From contig NC_068984.1 in the NCBI RefSeq assembly GCF_001194135.2, positions 43,114,562-43,178,561 of the forward strand: a DNA stretch of 64,000 bases. The letters are read 5' to 3'. This stretch comes from Octopus bimaculoides. Taxonomy: Eukaryota. The notes beneath the pieces are model-generated. The model was given only the letters and a program-made list of their open reading frames with translations, was not told where the DNA came from and made no database searches. The stretch's first letter is position 1. Every line of letters begins with the position of its first letter. A program made the translations under genes and the position numbers. Positions 52,035 through 64,000 of the stretch are shown here, one piece after another.

Positions 52035-52703
52035 CCAACTTTACTTAGTTCCTTTGACCTATTCTCAACTCCAAAATAACTGTTCGCAGATTAGTTTACT
52101 TATATTTACTTAAGAGTTGTTATCATTCAGTCCCTCTCCACATGTCTACTCAGTTACTTATCACACCTCCCAGCTTAGCACAACTTTTTCACTAAAAAAA
52201 AACTTTCTTTACTTTTTTGTAAGAGGTCCTTATTTAGTTATGTGTGAATATGTGTGAATGTGTGTGTGTGTGTGTGTGTGCAACCAGGTGTAAGATGGGT
52301 ACAGGCATATTTGTATGCTCAAGTTTGCTTTGCAATGATGTGGTCCTGGGCTCTATCCCCAACAGAATCAAAAGTATCTTCTACAACCTCAAGTCAACTG
52401 AGAATGAAATTGGGTAAATGAAAACTGGACCATACTTCTAATTCAGAAGGTCAGTGTTTGTTTGGTCTTGTTTTTTTGGCCCTCAGAAGAAGAGCAATGA
52501 CCATTACCTTTAGTGTTACTGATTCTAACTGGTTTATGCATAATCTACTCTGCATCCACTCCCAGATACCAATGACAGTATGATATAGGTTTAAACAATT
52601 AACTACCCCTACACTACACATGTATATACAATCTTTAAAAAAACTCAAACTTATGAATAACTTTCAATTTAATCATGACTAAAATTTTATCGTGGTTAAA
52701 AGT

Positions 52704-53366
52704 TTAACCCTTTTGCATTTAAACTGTCCATATCCAGCCTAAATATTCTACTTGTTTTATGTTCAAACCAACCAGATCTGGCCCCTTATACTTAATCATC
52801 ATCATCATTTAACGTCTGCTTTCCATGGGTTGGACAGTTTGACTGAGGACTGGCAAGCCAGGAGGCTGCATCAGGCTCCAATCTGTCCTGGCAAGTTTTC
52901 TACAGCTGGATGTCCCTACTAATGCCAACTACTCCGAGAGTGTAGTGGGTGCTTTTTAAGGGCCAGCAGTACAAGGGCCAGTCAGGTGGCACTGGTATCA
53001 ACCACACTCAAATGGTACTTTTTATGTGCTGCCAGCACTGGCGCGGCTGATGTCAGTGGATTGCACTTAGAATTACTTTAAGCCTTCTGTTCTTTTCTAT
53101 CAATTTTTCCCTCTTCTTTAAATTGTTTATACACACTATAAGCAGTTGCTTTCAGAAGTTTTGTCAACTTAATTTCATTGGCAGTGTGCACAGCACATTC
53201 TAAAACAATAATGCAGAATGATTGTTGTTCTATGTCTTTCTGTTGTCAAATCCAAAAATATACAATCATATCAAAATGATAAAACTATGCGATAATGCAC
53301 AATAAATTCAAAACACTGAATAAATAAGCATTACATTTGACAGAAATCTAAATGCTAAAGGGTTAA
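52704..53366. mobile_element. TTAA MITE interrupted by a family-B SINE (about 52795-53045, minus strand) and additional sequence
   Basis: TTAA|CCCTTTTGCATT ... AATGCTAAAGGG|TTAA; the MITE body resumes near 53200. Confidence 0.72.
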
Positions 53367-53429
53367 ACCTACTTCATTCCAGTTCTGACCGTAACAATAA
53401 GATACAGCTGAGTTACCACCTTATTTACA

Positions 53430-53743
53430 TGAGGATTGTTGACACTGAGAATAGATGTTTTAGCTTTACATAAAGACAAATATATATGGAATACAAAATA
53501 CCCAGTAGCTAAAACATAACAAATCTGATGTTGTTGTTTTGGAACACAAGGACAATTGTGTACGACAGCTTATCACTTGACATCAATGTGATGGAAAAAA
53601 TACAAGAAAAGGACATCTATGGACTATTGACTGTGTCTGCAAATACAATACCCAAAACACATCCAGCAGCCATTATTATTGGAGTGACGAAGGATGTACC
53701 AACCTACGAGTTTCTGAACTTGGATTCTTGTAAACAACTCTAA
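53430..53743 (+). mobile_element. Possible remnant of a restriction-like-endonuclease (R2/R4/NeSL-type) non-LTR element C-terminus
   Basis: Frameshifted peptides IWNTK, NKSDVVV, LDINVMEKIQEKDIYGLL and AIIIG resemble my recollection of the PD-(D/E)xK domain pattern (NKPDIV..W...PxDxN...EK...Y..L...PIIIG). Confidence 0.45.
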
Positions 53744-54199
53744 AAATTAAATGCTGAAGATCATCATTTAAAAAGAGGGGAGGGGAGGCGTTAAATACAA
53801 AGGGTCAATAGTTGAGCAACAAACAAAATGAGAAAAATGAACATCTCTAGCTCAGTCCTTAATTTTTTTTTCACTACTTTGCCACTGAGCAGATGCCTAG
53901 TCAGAATAAACTAATTTCAATGAGGAAGAGAAAATATACATACAAACACACACACACACACACACACAAACTTAATGACAGAATCATGCCTACACCAGTA
54001 CATGTACTTGTGTTATATGTATGTGCATAGACACAACATATGCATACACATACCTATATGTACATATGTATGCACACAAACATACACATGTACATATACA
54101 TGTGTGCATTTGAACATACATGCTTAGGTAGACACACATTACACGTTCTGCTTTTTCTCTGCTGACAAGTTGATTCCACCATATGGAAAGTGCCTTGAA

Positions 54200-54460
54200 C
54201 TTTCATCTCTAGAGGTCTGCTATCATGAGATTTGATATCATTTTTATCTAATATCTGGAACTCTTCCATTCACTATATCATACATGCAAGTCACATGCAT
54301 GCTCACACGTATTAGAGATGCATTTTCCCTTACTTTAGCAGATCCGTTAAATACCCTAACACTTGTACTCAGCTTCTTAGGTAGACTAAGTTTACACATC
54401 CAGTAGGTCATGCTCTTAATCCTTTTTAGCTTCTGTAGATCTTTCACATTGAAACCAGCA
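54200..54460 (-). mobile_element. Degenerate RTE-type LINE ORF C-terminal fragment
   Basis: KDLQKLKRIKSMTYWMCKLSLPKKLSTSV resembles the RTE C-terminal pattern ..L.R.E.SMLRWMC.VS; no intact ORF. Confidence 0.5.
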
Positions 54461-56379
54461 TTTTACATTTAGTCATTCATTCATTCATTTATACAAAAAG
54501 AAACCTTTTGTTGCTAATAGAGACAACTCCCACCTCTTCCACCCTTTTATTACACCTGTTATTATACTTTTGCTATACATTTATCTCTTGCTTTAATTAG
54601 ATCACCTTGGTAACAGAAACTATGAACTGCACTGTCTAGTGCTCTAAACAATGCAGGTCATGTGCATTACTCATTAAATGTATATACTATGCCTATGCAT
54701 CTAATATCTATTTGTCAGAAATTCCACCGCACATTATTTATACATGTTGCTTGCACTGATAAACACAGTACAAAAAATGTATAATCTGAAGGATTTTGTG
54801 TTCCCTCTTACTAACTGGTACATCAATTCTTTGAATTCTACATTTTCAGATTTGGAACTTTTTATTCAACTCCTTGACAGATTGTGCCACCAGAGAACCA
54901 GATTATCAACATATCAATGTTACCAGGACCAATTAATCCTGAATTGCTTTGCTACACCCTGATGAATTATCATCAATTATAAAAAAAAAATGTAAGAGAA
55001 AGAAACTGAGCTACAATCTTTATGCTAAATTTCTCAAACTTGCTAAAAAAAATTTGTATGTACATGGCTTTTTTCATGGGCATCACGATCTGCTCAGATC
55101 TACAGATTAGATGAGTAGTATGGACATAATGCAAAAAACCCCTCCTCCCTCTCTAACACACACACACCCTTGCAAGAGATGATCACAAAAAAAAAAAAAA
55201 AATCACAATTGCTAAAAATAATGTGTAGACCTAGCAAAAATGGAACAAGGTCCTAAGCTACATCAAAGGGGAAATAAAATTGGTGGACAGGAATAAACAA
55301 ATTAAAACCCACAGGAATGTGAGCTGGTAGCTTTATCTTTTTCATTATTCATAAAATGAAATAAAAATAGTAACATAGTAACATACATGCAGGCAATCCT
55401 ATTCTGACATCCCAGTCTAAATATAGCATATATCCTGCTGCTTCATGATACAGAAAGACATCTCGACAAGGATATGTAAATTTCAAACTTCTAATGTGCT
55501 TCCAAGAAAGTGAATGAAAGAATAAGTAGAATGGATTAGAATCAGAATGGCCAATGAATTAAAGACCGGTTTTAAGTAGTGGAGTCATTATAATTAATTC
55601 TTCAAGAGAGTATCCTAGCAGTCACAATTCTGTGACACAAAGAAAAATATAAAAACTATCCAGACAAAAACATAATCCTAATTTTTGGATCAAAAAGATT
55701 AAAATAACTGGGTAGCACCTGATGTAATTCTTAATTACTTTACAGACTATGGAAAAGATATGAAGGGAAGGGCACAGGAAAGTTGTGGGGTTACTCAATA
55801 AATCCTTGCTAACTTAATTGAAATCATGTAAAAGATTGGAAAAAAAATAAATTACATTGTAAAAACACTATTTCATCACAGTATACCAACACATATAGTA
55901 AAAAATTGCTAAGAAATATAAACATATTGCTATGAGATATCTTATAGCAATTTGGTTTGGTGATATGGCTTCATCGAATTTATAGTGATGCTTGCCATAT
56001 CAGCACATGGAAAAAAATTTGAAACATGCACTTTNNNNNNNNNNNNNNNNNNNNNNNNNNNNNNNNNNNNNNNNNNNNNNNNNNNNNNNNNNNNNNNNNN
56101 NNNNNNNNNNNNNNNNNNNNNNNNNNNNNNNNNNNNNNNNNNNNNNNNNNNNNNNNNNNNNNNNNNNNNNNNNNNNNNNNNNNNNNNNNNNNNNNNNNNN
56201 NNNNNNNNNNNNNNNNNNNNNNNNNNNNNNNNNNNNNNNNNNNNNNNNNNNNNNNNNNNNACTCAGAGTAACGGTTTTTTTGTTATATTTCTGCTGCTTT
56301 TAAATAAAGCATATTACTCTACCTCTGGTATTTGAGTACTCTTTTTTCCACCTTGTTGCACATTTCATGTGCTTACTCC

Positions 56380-56420
<41 letters not shown>

Positions 56421-59204
56421 ATGTTACAGTAGGGTGTGGACTTTGCAGGTCACAGTGCACACTAGCTATCTAGGAGGGCAATAACTCAGAATAAGAACTG
56501 GTACAGACCATGGTGACCCATCCAACTTATGTCAGTATGGAAAGGGAGGTGAGACAGACATAAAAATGATATACACTAACTACAGATAGCTTTTCTGCAT
56601 ATGGCTTCTGCCAACATTATCAAACTTGTCAGATAAATTAGAAATTAAAATTAGCATTTGAATCCTGTAATTCCTCATATGTTTTTTTTCTTTCCTCTAT
56701 CTCTCTTTTCACATTCCTTTTAGTAAGATTTCTAGTTCCGGATGTAGCTTGCTATAAGTCATCTCTAGAGAAGATATACTGAAATAAGTTTTTATGTTAT
56801 CTCCAGTTCCACATGAAGTGTAAAATATTACTTTTTAAGATATGTTGTGATTTCCATGATTTTTTTTTTTTTCAGTTCCTAATCAAAAAATATAAACAAT
56901 CCTGTTTTCTACTCATTGTTGAATGGAAGAACAAGAACACAAAACATAAGAGAGTTTCTACTCTTCACAGCAACTGAATTTGACATTCCATAAACCCAGC
57001 CTAACTGATAAGGTGCTAAGTTCAAAACACTAGAATACACTTCTCTTGATTTACATAACTGAGAGAACTTAGAGGAAAACTTGAAAATAGCTTCCTTGCA
57101 TCAATGACTACCCAAAACCAGAAGGAAAACAGACTCCAACAAAAAATGTTTGTCACTGTATTATATGTACAACATGACACCATATTTGAAAAGCAGTCGT
57201 TTAGGTTACAAAGGCTTAAGTATGTAAGTTTTCAGTATGGGAGATGAAGAGTTTCAAAGCTTTTCCAGTTATGACTATCTTTTTTCCAGTTAAAGCTGCA
57301 TTATATAATGTGTCCTCCTCCCTTTTGACAGTAGTCTCTGGAGACATTTTGAGTTCCAGATAAAGTACCAGGGTCAATTAAGAGGAAATTACAAGGTGAC
57401 TACTAAACTGGACACTGATGAAATACTAAATTAACTAGAAATTAAAGTCTGATTACCTACTGAGTAAACATTTAAATCTATACATTTGAGAATAATACAA
57501 CTTCCAATGGAAACAAGAGCAAACAATACACTAATAAAATATAAAAAGCTAAATTACCAACAAGTTAAAAGGATGTATCTGTCTTTTCCATTTTTTATTA
57601 CATTACTGACATTTCCCACTACCCAAAGAGAGTTAAAGGAAATCATTTTTAAAGGTGAACATTCTCTGGATGGGAAACAGAAATACTTCTATGCTCACTA
57701 ACGTGCTACCTTTCTACAAAACATGTGGTTATAATAGAAGACCAAGTTCACCAAATCATTAGCTTATTGAATCTATAAAAGGTTGATGTTGATTGATTGC
57801 ATAGTACAAGTACAACATTTAAATGGGTAATTCATCATCAGTTGAAATGTGATATTGCTTCCAAATATATGGACAATGTATATAAAAAAAAAAGAAAGAA
57901 AACAACCCAAGCAGACTTGTACCCAAGATATAGAAGTATTACATCAGGTTATCTATTCTATATACAAACTGCTGTGCTCTACTCTTAAAAGTGATTCTTC
58001 TTTTGTGAATTTGGCACAAGAAAAATACTCTTTTCAAACACACCTTATGAAAAAGTTTAAAAAAAAAAATTTCTATTATAAACAAAACCTTCCATTCTCC
58101 CCCATTCCCTCTGAGGTAGTAATCCAGCAGGTAATGTTATACATTCAAAGAAAGTCTCCATAGATTTTTATCATCACCAAAGCAAGCATTACACATCCTC
58201 CTTGCTTGTAACTATACAGTGCCACTAAGCCACTACCTAACCACAGCAGCCTGCACAAATAGAACCAGCAGCCATATGTTGCAAAAATATGAGTCACTCC
58301 ACTAAATATTGCAGTTTACCAAGACTGGCACAAGTAAGGAGATGCTAATGAAGATTTATATATAACACACTTGCACTCAACAGTAGAAAGACCACTTCAA
58401 TCTAACAAATTAAAAAGCTTTAGTGTATGAAAATATTACCCTTAAATTTAATTTGGAAATTTAGACAGTCATTCTTAATTTATAAATCAGATGTTGAATT
58501 TTTTTCTTTAATAATGCTGTTATTGAAGCTTTTTTCTCTTTCTCTCTCTCTCTGACACACACACACACACATTAGGTAGATGCCTATGAACTTTCTTTAA
58601 CCTAACCTTGCAGGGGAATTTTCTTTTTTTTTATCATTCAGTCCAGAGCATGTCACATAAAAACAGTGCATCAATGCTGACACACATGTCAAGGGTTCAC
58701 CATCACTATCAATAGGAATGGTAAGTCACTCTTGCAAAACAGAGGGAATTTATACTTTTAAATGAATAATTTTATACATTTAACTGTGTAGATGCACATG
58801 TGTATTTAAATATAACTATTAGCAAACATCTTTCAAGCGGTGCATCACAGCACAAGATAAAATGCTTTGCCATTTTCACTCCAGTTCTGTATGCTCCAAG
58901 TTCAAATTCCATTGCAGCCAGCTTTACCTTTCAGGCTTCAAGTAAAGAACTGGTCTATGGTAGTCAATTATTAGTGCACCAGATGAGATGCCTTGCAGTA
59001 TAAGCTCGGAGTTCTTGGGTGGGAGGCATTCCAGCATTTGGTTTAACACAACTTGGTCTTGGGATGCCTTCTGTTGCAAGCATTTGAGCCACATCCCTCT
59101 TCCTTCCATGAAAGGCCCTAAGCGCTACCTTTCTCTCCTTGACTAGACAGAACAGTGAGGATTTCTTTTCTATTTTTTTTTTGTTTTTGTTTTTTCTCTC
59201 CACC

Positions 59205-59570
59205 TACTCGTTTCAGTCACTGGACTGCCTTGAAGAATTTTTAGTCAAACAAATCAACCCCAGCAGTCATTTTTTTTGTAAAGCCTAGCACTTATTCTAT
59301 TGGTCTCTTTGTCAAAATGCTAAGTTATGGGTACATAAACACACAAACGCCTGTTGTCAAGCAGTAGTGAGAGGGTGGGGGAATGGAAGGACACACGCGT
59401 GCACCCACACCCACACACACAATGGACTTCTTTCAGTTTCCATCTTCAAGATCCACTCACAAGGCTTTGATCAGCCCAAGAATATAGAAGACACTTGCAT
59501 AAGGCACCATACAGTAGGACTGAACCCAGAACCATGTGATTGGGAAGCAAATTTCTTACCATGCAGCCAG
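59205..59570 (-). mobile_element. tRNA-head SINE family A, same architecture as 7990-8365
   Basis: Shared head (GGACTGAACCCAGAACCATGTG) and tail (CTTATTCTATTGGTCTCTTTG...GCTAAGTTA). Confidence 0.78.
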
Positions 59571-59859
59571 TGTTGGTAAAGATAAATTATATTAATTTTT
59601 CAGTCATAATTTAATTTGTAATTAATAAAAAGGGAAAAAAAATAAAAAACATTAAATTGAAATGTTTAACATTTCTAGCAAGTTTAATATGTGGATAGCA
59701 AGTAAAAGGAGACTGTAATCAGGAGAGTTATTGAAGTGTGAATAAACATCTTCCCCCACCCTTTTTATCAGTCAGTAAGCCAGACTATCATAGAACTGCA
59801 AAAATATCAAGTGAATTAGTGGAATTAATAACTTTTTAACAACCATACCCATAACCAAA

Positions 59860-59901
<42 letters not shown>

Positions 59902-61136
59902 GATATTTGTAAATGTATGGGGAAAGAGGAGGGAGACAGTGCTGCTCTTCAGTACAGATATCTTTTATAAATACAGTCCTACTCCATATTAGCATACTTA
60001 AAACAGGAATGTCTGTTTTGTTGGCTTTATTTAATATGTTAGGTGAAAGTGTGAATGAAATACATTTCAAAGGATCTGTAAATAAAATCCTCAAATTACT
60101 AACTAGAAATTAATGATTAGTACAGAAGCAGTCACTAACATAATCAACAAAACAAAAGAAAATCTAGGAATAAATTGAAGTAAAGTGTGTTCTTAAGACA
60201 CACTTATAGTTGCTTAGCAGTGCTCCTATGCTAGTAGATTGAGCTATTTCAAGAAATATTATTTTCAGACAGGAGATCTTTGTTGTTAACAACAAATGAC
60301 TTGACAGACTTGTCAGCAAACTGGACAAAATGCTTTGGGGTATTTAGTCACAGATCGTTCTGTTCAGAGTTCAAATCCTGCCATGGTCAACTCAGCTGTT
60401 CATTTTCCCCCATGTTAATAAAATAGAGTAGCACTCAAATACTGGAATCAATTTAACCAACTGTCTCCATCTCCCAAATGTGGCCTTGTTCCAATGCTAA
60501 AAAAAATCAATATTACCAACAATAGACAAAGATATAGGAAATGTGCATGACTGAAGTCAATTCAATACAGGAGCAGAGTTTTAAACATCAAAGGACACGA
60601 GATGAAAGTTTCTGGGGGTATTTGACTTGCTAGAAATAGCAGTAAAATTTTAAATAACACCCTACCATCTTAAATAAGAAATGGACACTGGCTAATTGCC
60701 ATCCTAGATATATCCTTAAAGACAGTATAGACACATGCAAAATGATTGATCAACAAAATCTACTTGACTAGATCAAGTAAAAGTTAATATCAGAGGATAA
60801 CTAATTAGTGTTTTGTGTAGTGACTGCTTCACAAATAGTGATAGCATGACCCTATGCCATCCACAAGGCATATTATAATCTGACACCCATTTGTGTATTG
60901 AAAAACTTCAGAACATGTCTTATCAAAGAAATTATGTAACAAAGTCTGTAGCAGAATTTGAACTTACAATACATTATATAAAGTGAAAACATAAATAGTA
61001 AACAAGAACAATGAGCAACATTGCTTCAATACACATTTATTTGGTATAAAAATTAAGAACCTACATTCTGGGGCCTTTTTTTCAATGTTGCACATATTAG
61101 TATGCCTGAATGAATATATATGTACAACTGAAGGTG

Positions 61137-61181
61137 TATAATAAACCACAAGAACATATAATAAACCACAAGAACATATAA
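61137..61181. repeat. Perfect 20-bp tandem duplication (TATAATAAACCACAAGAACA x2 plus 5 bp)
   Basis: Read directly from the sequence. Confidence 0.9.
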
Positions 61182-61445
61182 CACATTTTCTCATCTCATT
61201 CATACACTCATATCCATCTGTATATGATGTCATCAAAATATGACTAGCTCTTACAGCATGCATTTCGGTCAGCTTGTATCAAAGATTGCCGAAATCCACA
61301 AAGCAAGCGTTTAATATTCAGTTTAGAAGACAAGCATTAACAATGAACTTCATAACCTCTATTCTGAGGTTGCTTGTCCCATTATCACTCCAATTTGAAT
61401 ACACTGCACCAGTATTTTTCCCATACTAATTTTCATTTCCCTATA

Positions 61446-61934
61446 ATCATCATCATTGTTTAACATCCGTTTTCCATGCTGGCATGGGTTGGACAGTTTG
61501 ACTGGGGTCTGGCAAGCCAGGAGGCCACACCAGTCTCCAATCTGATCTGGCAAGTTTTCTACAGCTGGATGCCCTTCCTAACACCAGCCACTCTGTGAAT
61601 GTAGTGGGTGCTTTTTACATGCCACCGGCACAAGAGCCAGTTAGGGTGAGGGGGCTGGCATCAGTCACGTTCGGATGGTATTTTTTACGTGCCACTGGTA
61701 TGGGAGTCAGTCAGGCGGCACTGGCGTCAGCCACATTTGGATGGTGCCTTTTATGTGTCACCAGCACAGGAGCCAGTCGGGGCAATGGGGCTGGCATTGA
61801 CATTCGAATACTGCTTTTTATGTGTCACTGGCATGGGAGCCAGTCAGGCGGTGCTGGCATCAGCCACGTTCGGATGGTGCTTTTTACATGCCACTAGCAC
61901 AGGAGCCAGTCAGGGCGAGGGGGCTGGCATCGAC
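61446..61934 (-). mobile_element. Family-B SINE with an expanded internal array of about 5 units of 59-70 bp
   Basis: (ATC)n tail at 61446, family-B body, then tandem units starting at about 61607, 61677, 61743, 61810 and 61876. Confidence 0.82.
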
Positions 61935-64000
61935 TTTCTAACCAGTTTTGAACACGGCCAATAAAATTGACTTTTCTTGAAGGAAATAGATATAATCAAA
62001 TGTTCAGTGCACTTGACATTTCATATAGTAAAAAGGAAAAGAATTCTCACTTTTCCTCCTTTTCTTTGTAGCAATGACATCAGAAGAAAGGATAGGAAAT
62101 GTGATAAATTTAGTTTGGTCAGAATATTAGGATTGGCATGACTAGTAACCAAAGGTGCTCAGCATGGCATCATTCACAAAGACTTGGAATGTAATCATTC
62201 CAAATAGTGAAATCAACCATAACATATTGACAGTAATACTAGAGTGATTGTAATTCACATACCCCACCTCTTTTCACTTCCTATGAATTGTTATCTCAAA
62301 TAACATTGTACTAAGAATTTTACCTAATCTTTACTCTCCATGACAACAGCTCTTAGACACTCCCCCACTAGTATGTTTCCCATTCAACAATTGACCTTAT
62401 ATGGGATTAAACTAAACAATTCCATCAACCATACCAAATACTTATTTCCACTATACCTTTCCATTCTAAAAGATTCTGTAAAAGTTAGTCATTACAGCTT
62501 TTCAGAATGTTTAAAGAAAAATAATCACAAAACAATATCAATTAGTATCCTAGAGTAGACTGTTAAATTAATTGGGGAAGTGGACACTAGAAATAACACA
62601 AACCTAACCAACTAAATGTAAAACTTGATTGAAGAGCAGAAATTTACTTCTGTGAAAAACAAAGAAAGAAAAAAATTAGCTATCATCTGAAAACAGTGCA
62701 CATTGTCTTGATGATACTCGAAATATAGTTTCAATTACAGCCAGAGAAAACAATTACAGAAGAATGAAAGAAGAAAGTAATATGCAAAGTGAAAGACAAT
62801 ATGCAATTTTGGTTTGTTACTAAACAATGCCACATGCCATGCTAAAGACAGTCATCAACCACTAAGAATGTTCGTCATTTCCTGGGCTGGAACTTTCAAG
62901 ACAAACTAGCAGTTCTCATGCTCTATTGCCAAGTTATTTCCAATTTCATTTTTGATCTGAATGCATTCAATATGCTAATACAGACTGGAGTATGGATAGT
63001 AATCTAAGTAGATAAGCACAGTAATCTTTTGTTAATGTTTTAAATATAATTTTTCACACCTTCTCACAATACTGTACATATACTTAGTGGTTCTCTCATC
63101 ACTACTACAGTAAATATATAATTAAGTTTATGCTTTCCTAATGAGGTTTAATAAAACGAAAATATGTTCAGAGTCGTCTTACTATTTGTGCCAAAATACT
63201 TACATATTATGGAACTAATGTTGACATTTACTCATAGAATAATTATTTCTAACATTTCATGATCAGTACATTAAATATTAACATTAACTATCCTCTTTGT
63301 GTTTTAACCCAGTTTACTTCTTTACAGTAATGTTTTCATAGAAAATAGAAATTATATATGAATTTTGATCATTACAGCAAGTTTATATAGTGAATATAAT
63401 TAAGCACATTCTTAAAGCTAACAACTGATTAAAAAATAACATGAATATGACCAATAAACATCAAAAAATATTTTTTTTAAATGTACATTAACTCTTGAGA
63501 TGCTCAGTGTTTCTTCCAATTAATTTTAAATATAACAAAAAATTTAGTAAAATAACTTATTTCTAACTGGAAATTCTTTAGAGAACTTATGATTCTGCAT
63601 GCCAGAAAATCAGATGAAAATGATTTAAAAGTAAGAAAAAGTAGATATCAAAAGATAGGCAAAGTTAAAGGTTATATGCTTGGTAGTAGCCAGGATTACT
63701 ACACAACCCAATAGAAATCAGAATGTAGTCTTGCTTGATTGTCAAAAATGATATAAACAACTCAATATATGAAATCAGTGAAGCCAAAAGTTGCACAAAA
63801 GGCTACAGATACATTTCAAACAGAATGATAGCAATCCAACACTTCTTGTGCACTAAAGTATGCATTGACAATATTTACAAACAAATTGAATCAGTGATAT
63901 AGGGCTTTCCTATAAGTAGGTTATCTCCCTTGGCTAGGCGGCACTCCATGTAGATAATTAAACTTCCGTTTTACGTCTTATCATGGATATAAAGCAGCTT

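Noticed and set aside
54870-54910. Minus-strand LWW codons resembling kindlin DHALWW
   Set aside because: Flanking residues do not match and the frame stops within a few codons.
61607-61934. CRISPR-like repeat-spacer array
   Set aside because: Eukaryotic intron, whole units are homologous with no unique spacers, and no cas genes.

Overview
AT-rich, intron-rich animal genomic DNA with five N gaps. The repeat content looks like an octopod cephalopod; this is my inference from recalled SINE/LINE families and was not checked. Two protein-coding genes converge tail-to-tail. (1) On +, the last five coding exons of DHTKD1 (2-oxoadipate dehydrogenase E1), 134-13834, encode 199 aa plus stop. (2) On -, ten coding exons of a kindlin/fermitin (UNC-112/FERMT family) gene, 37865->16345, encode about 571 aa (F1 loop, F2, PH, F3). 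All GT-AG boundaries and intron phases were checked by hand and join into single open frames. I could not find the kindlin N-terminal exons (about 120 aa) in 37866-64000, so that stretch is probably one intron of at least 26 kb. The rest is decayed mobile DNA: CR1/L2-type and RTE-type LINE fragments, a possible REL-endonuclease LINE remnant, several tRNA-head and (GAT)n-tailed SINE families, TTAA-flanked MITEs, a hAT-Charlie-type MITE, a GG-terminal element with an 8-bp TSD, and microsatellites. I see no supportable new multi-gene system. The most interesting observations concern transposon architecture and possible RNA-processing effects on kindlin. Repeat boundaries are approximate unless a TSD is given.
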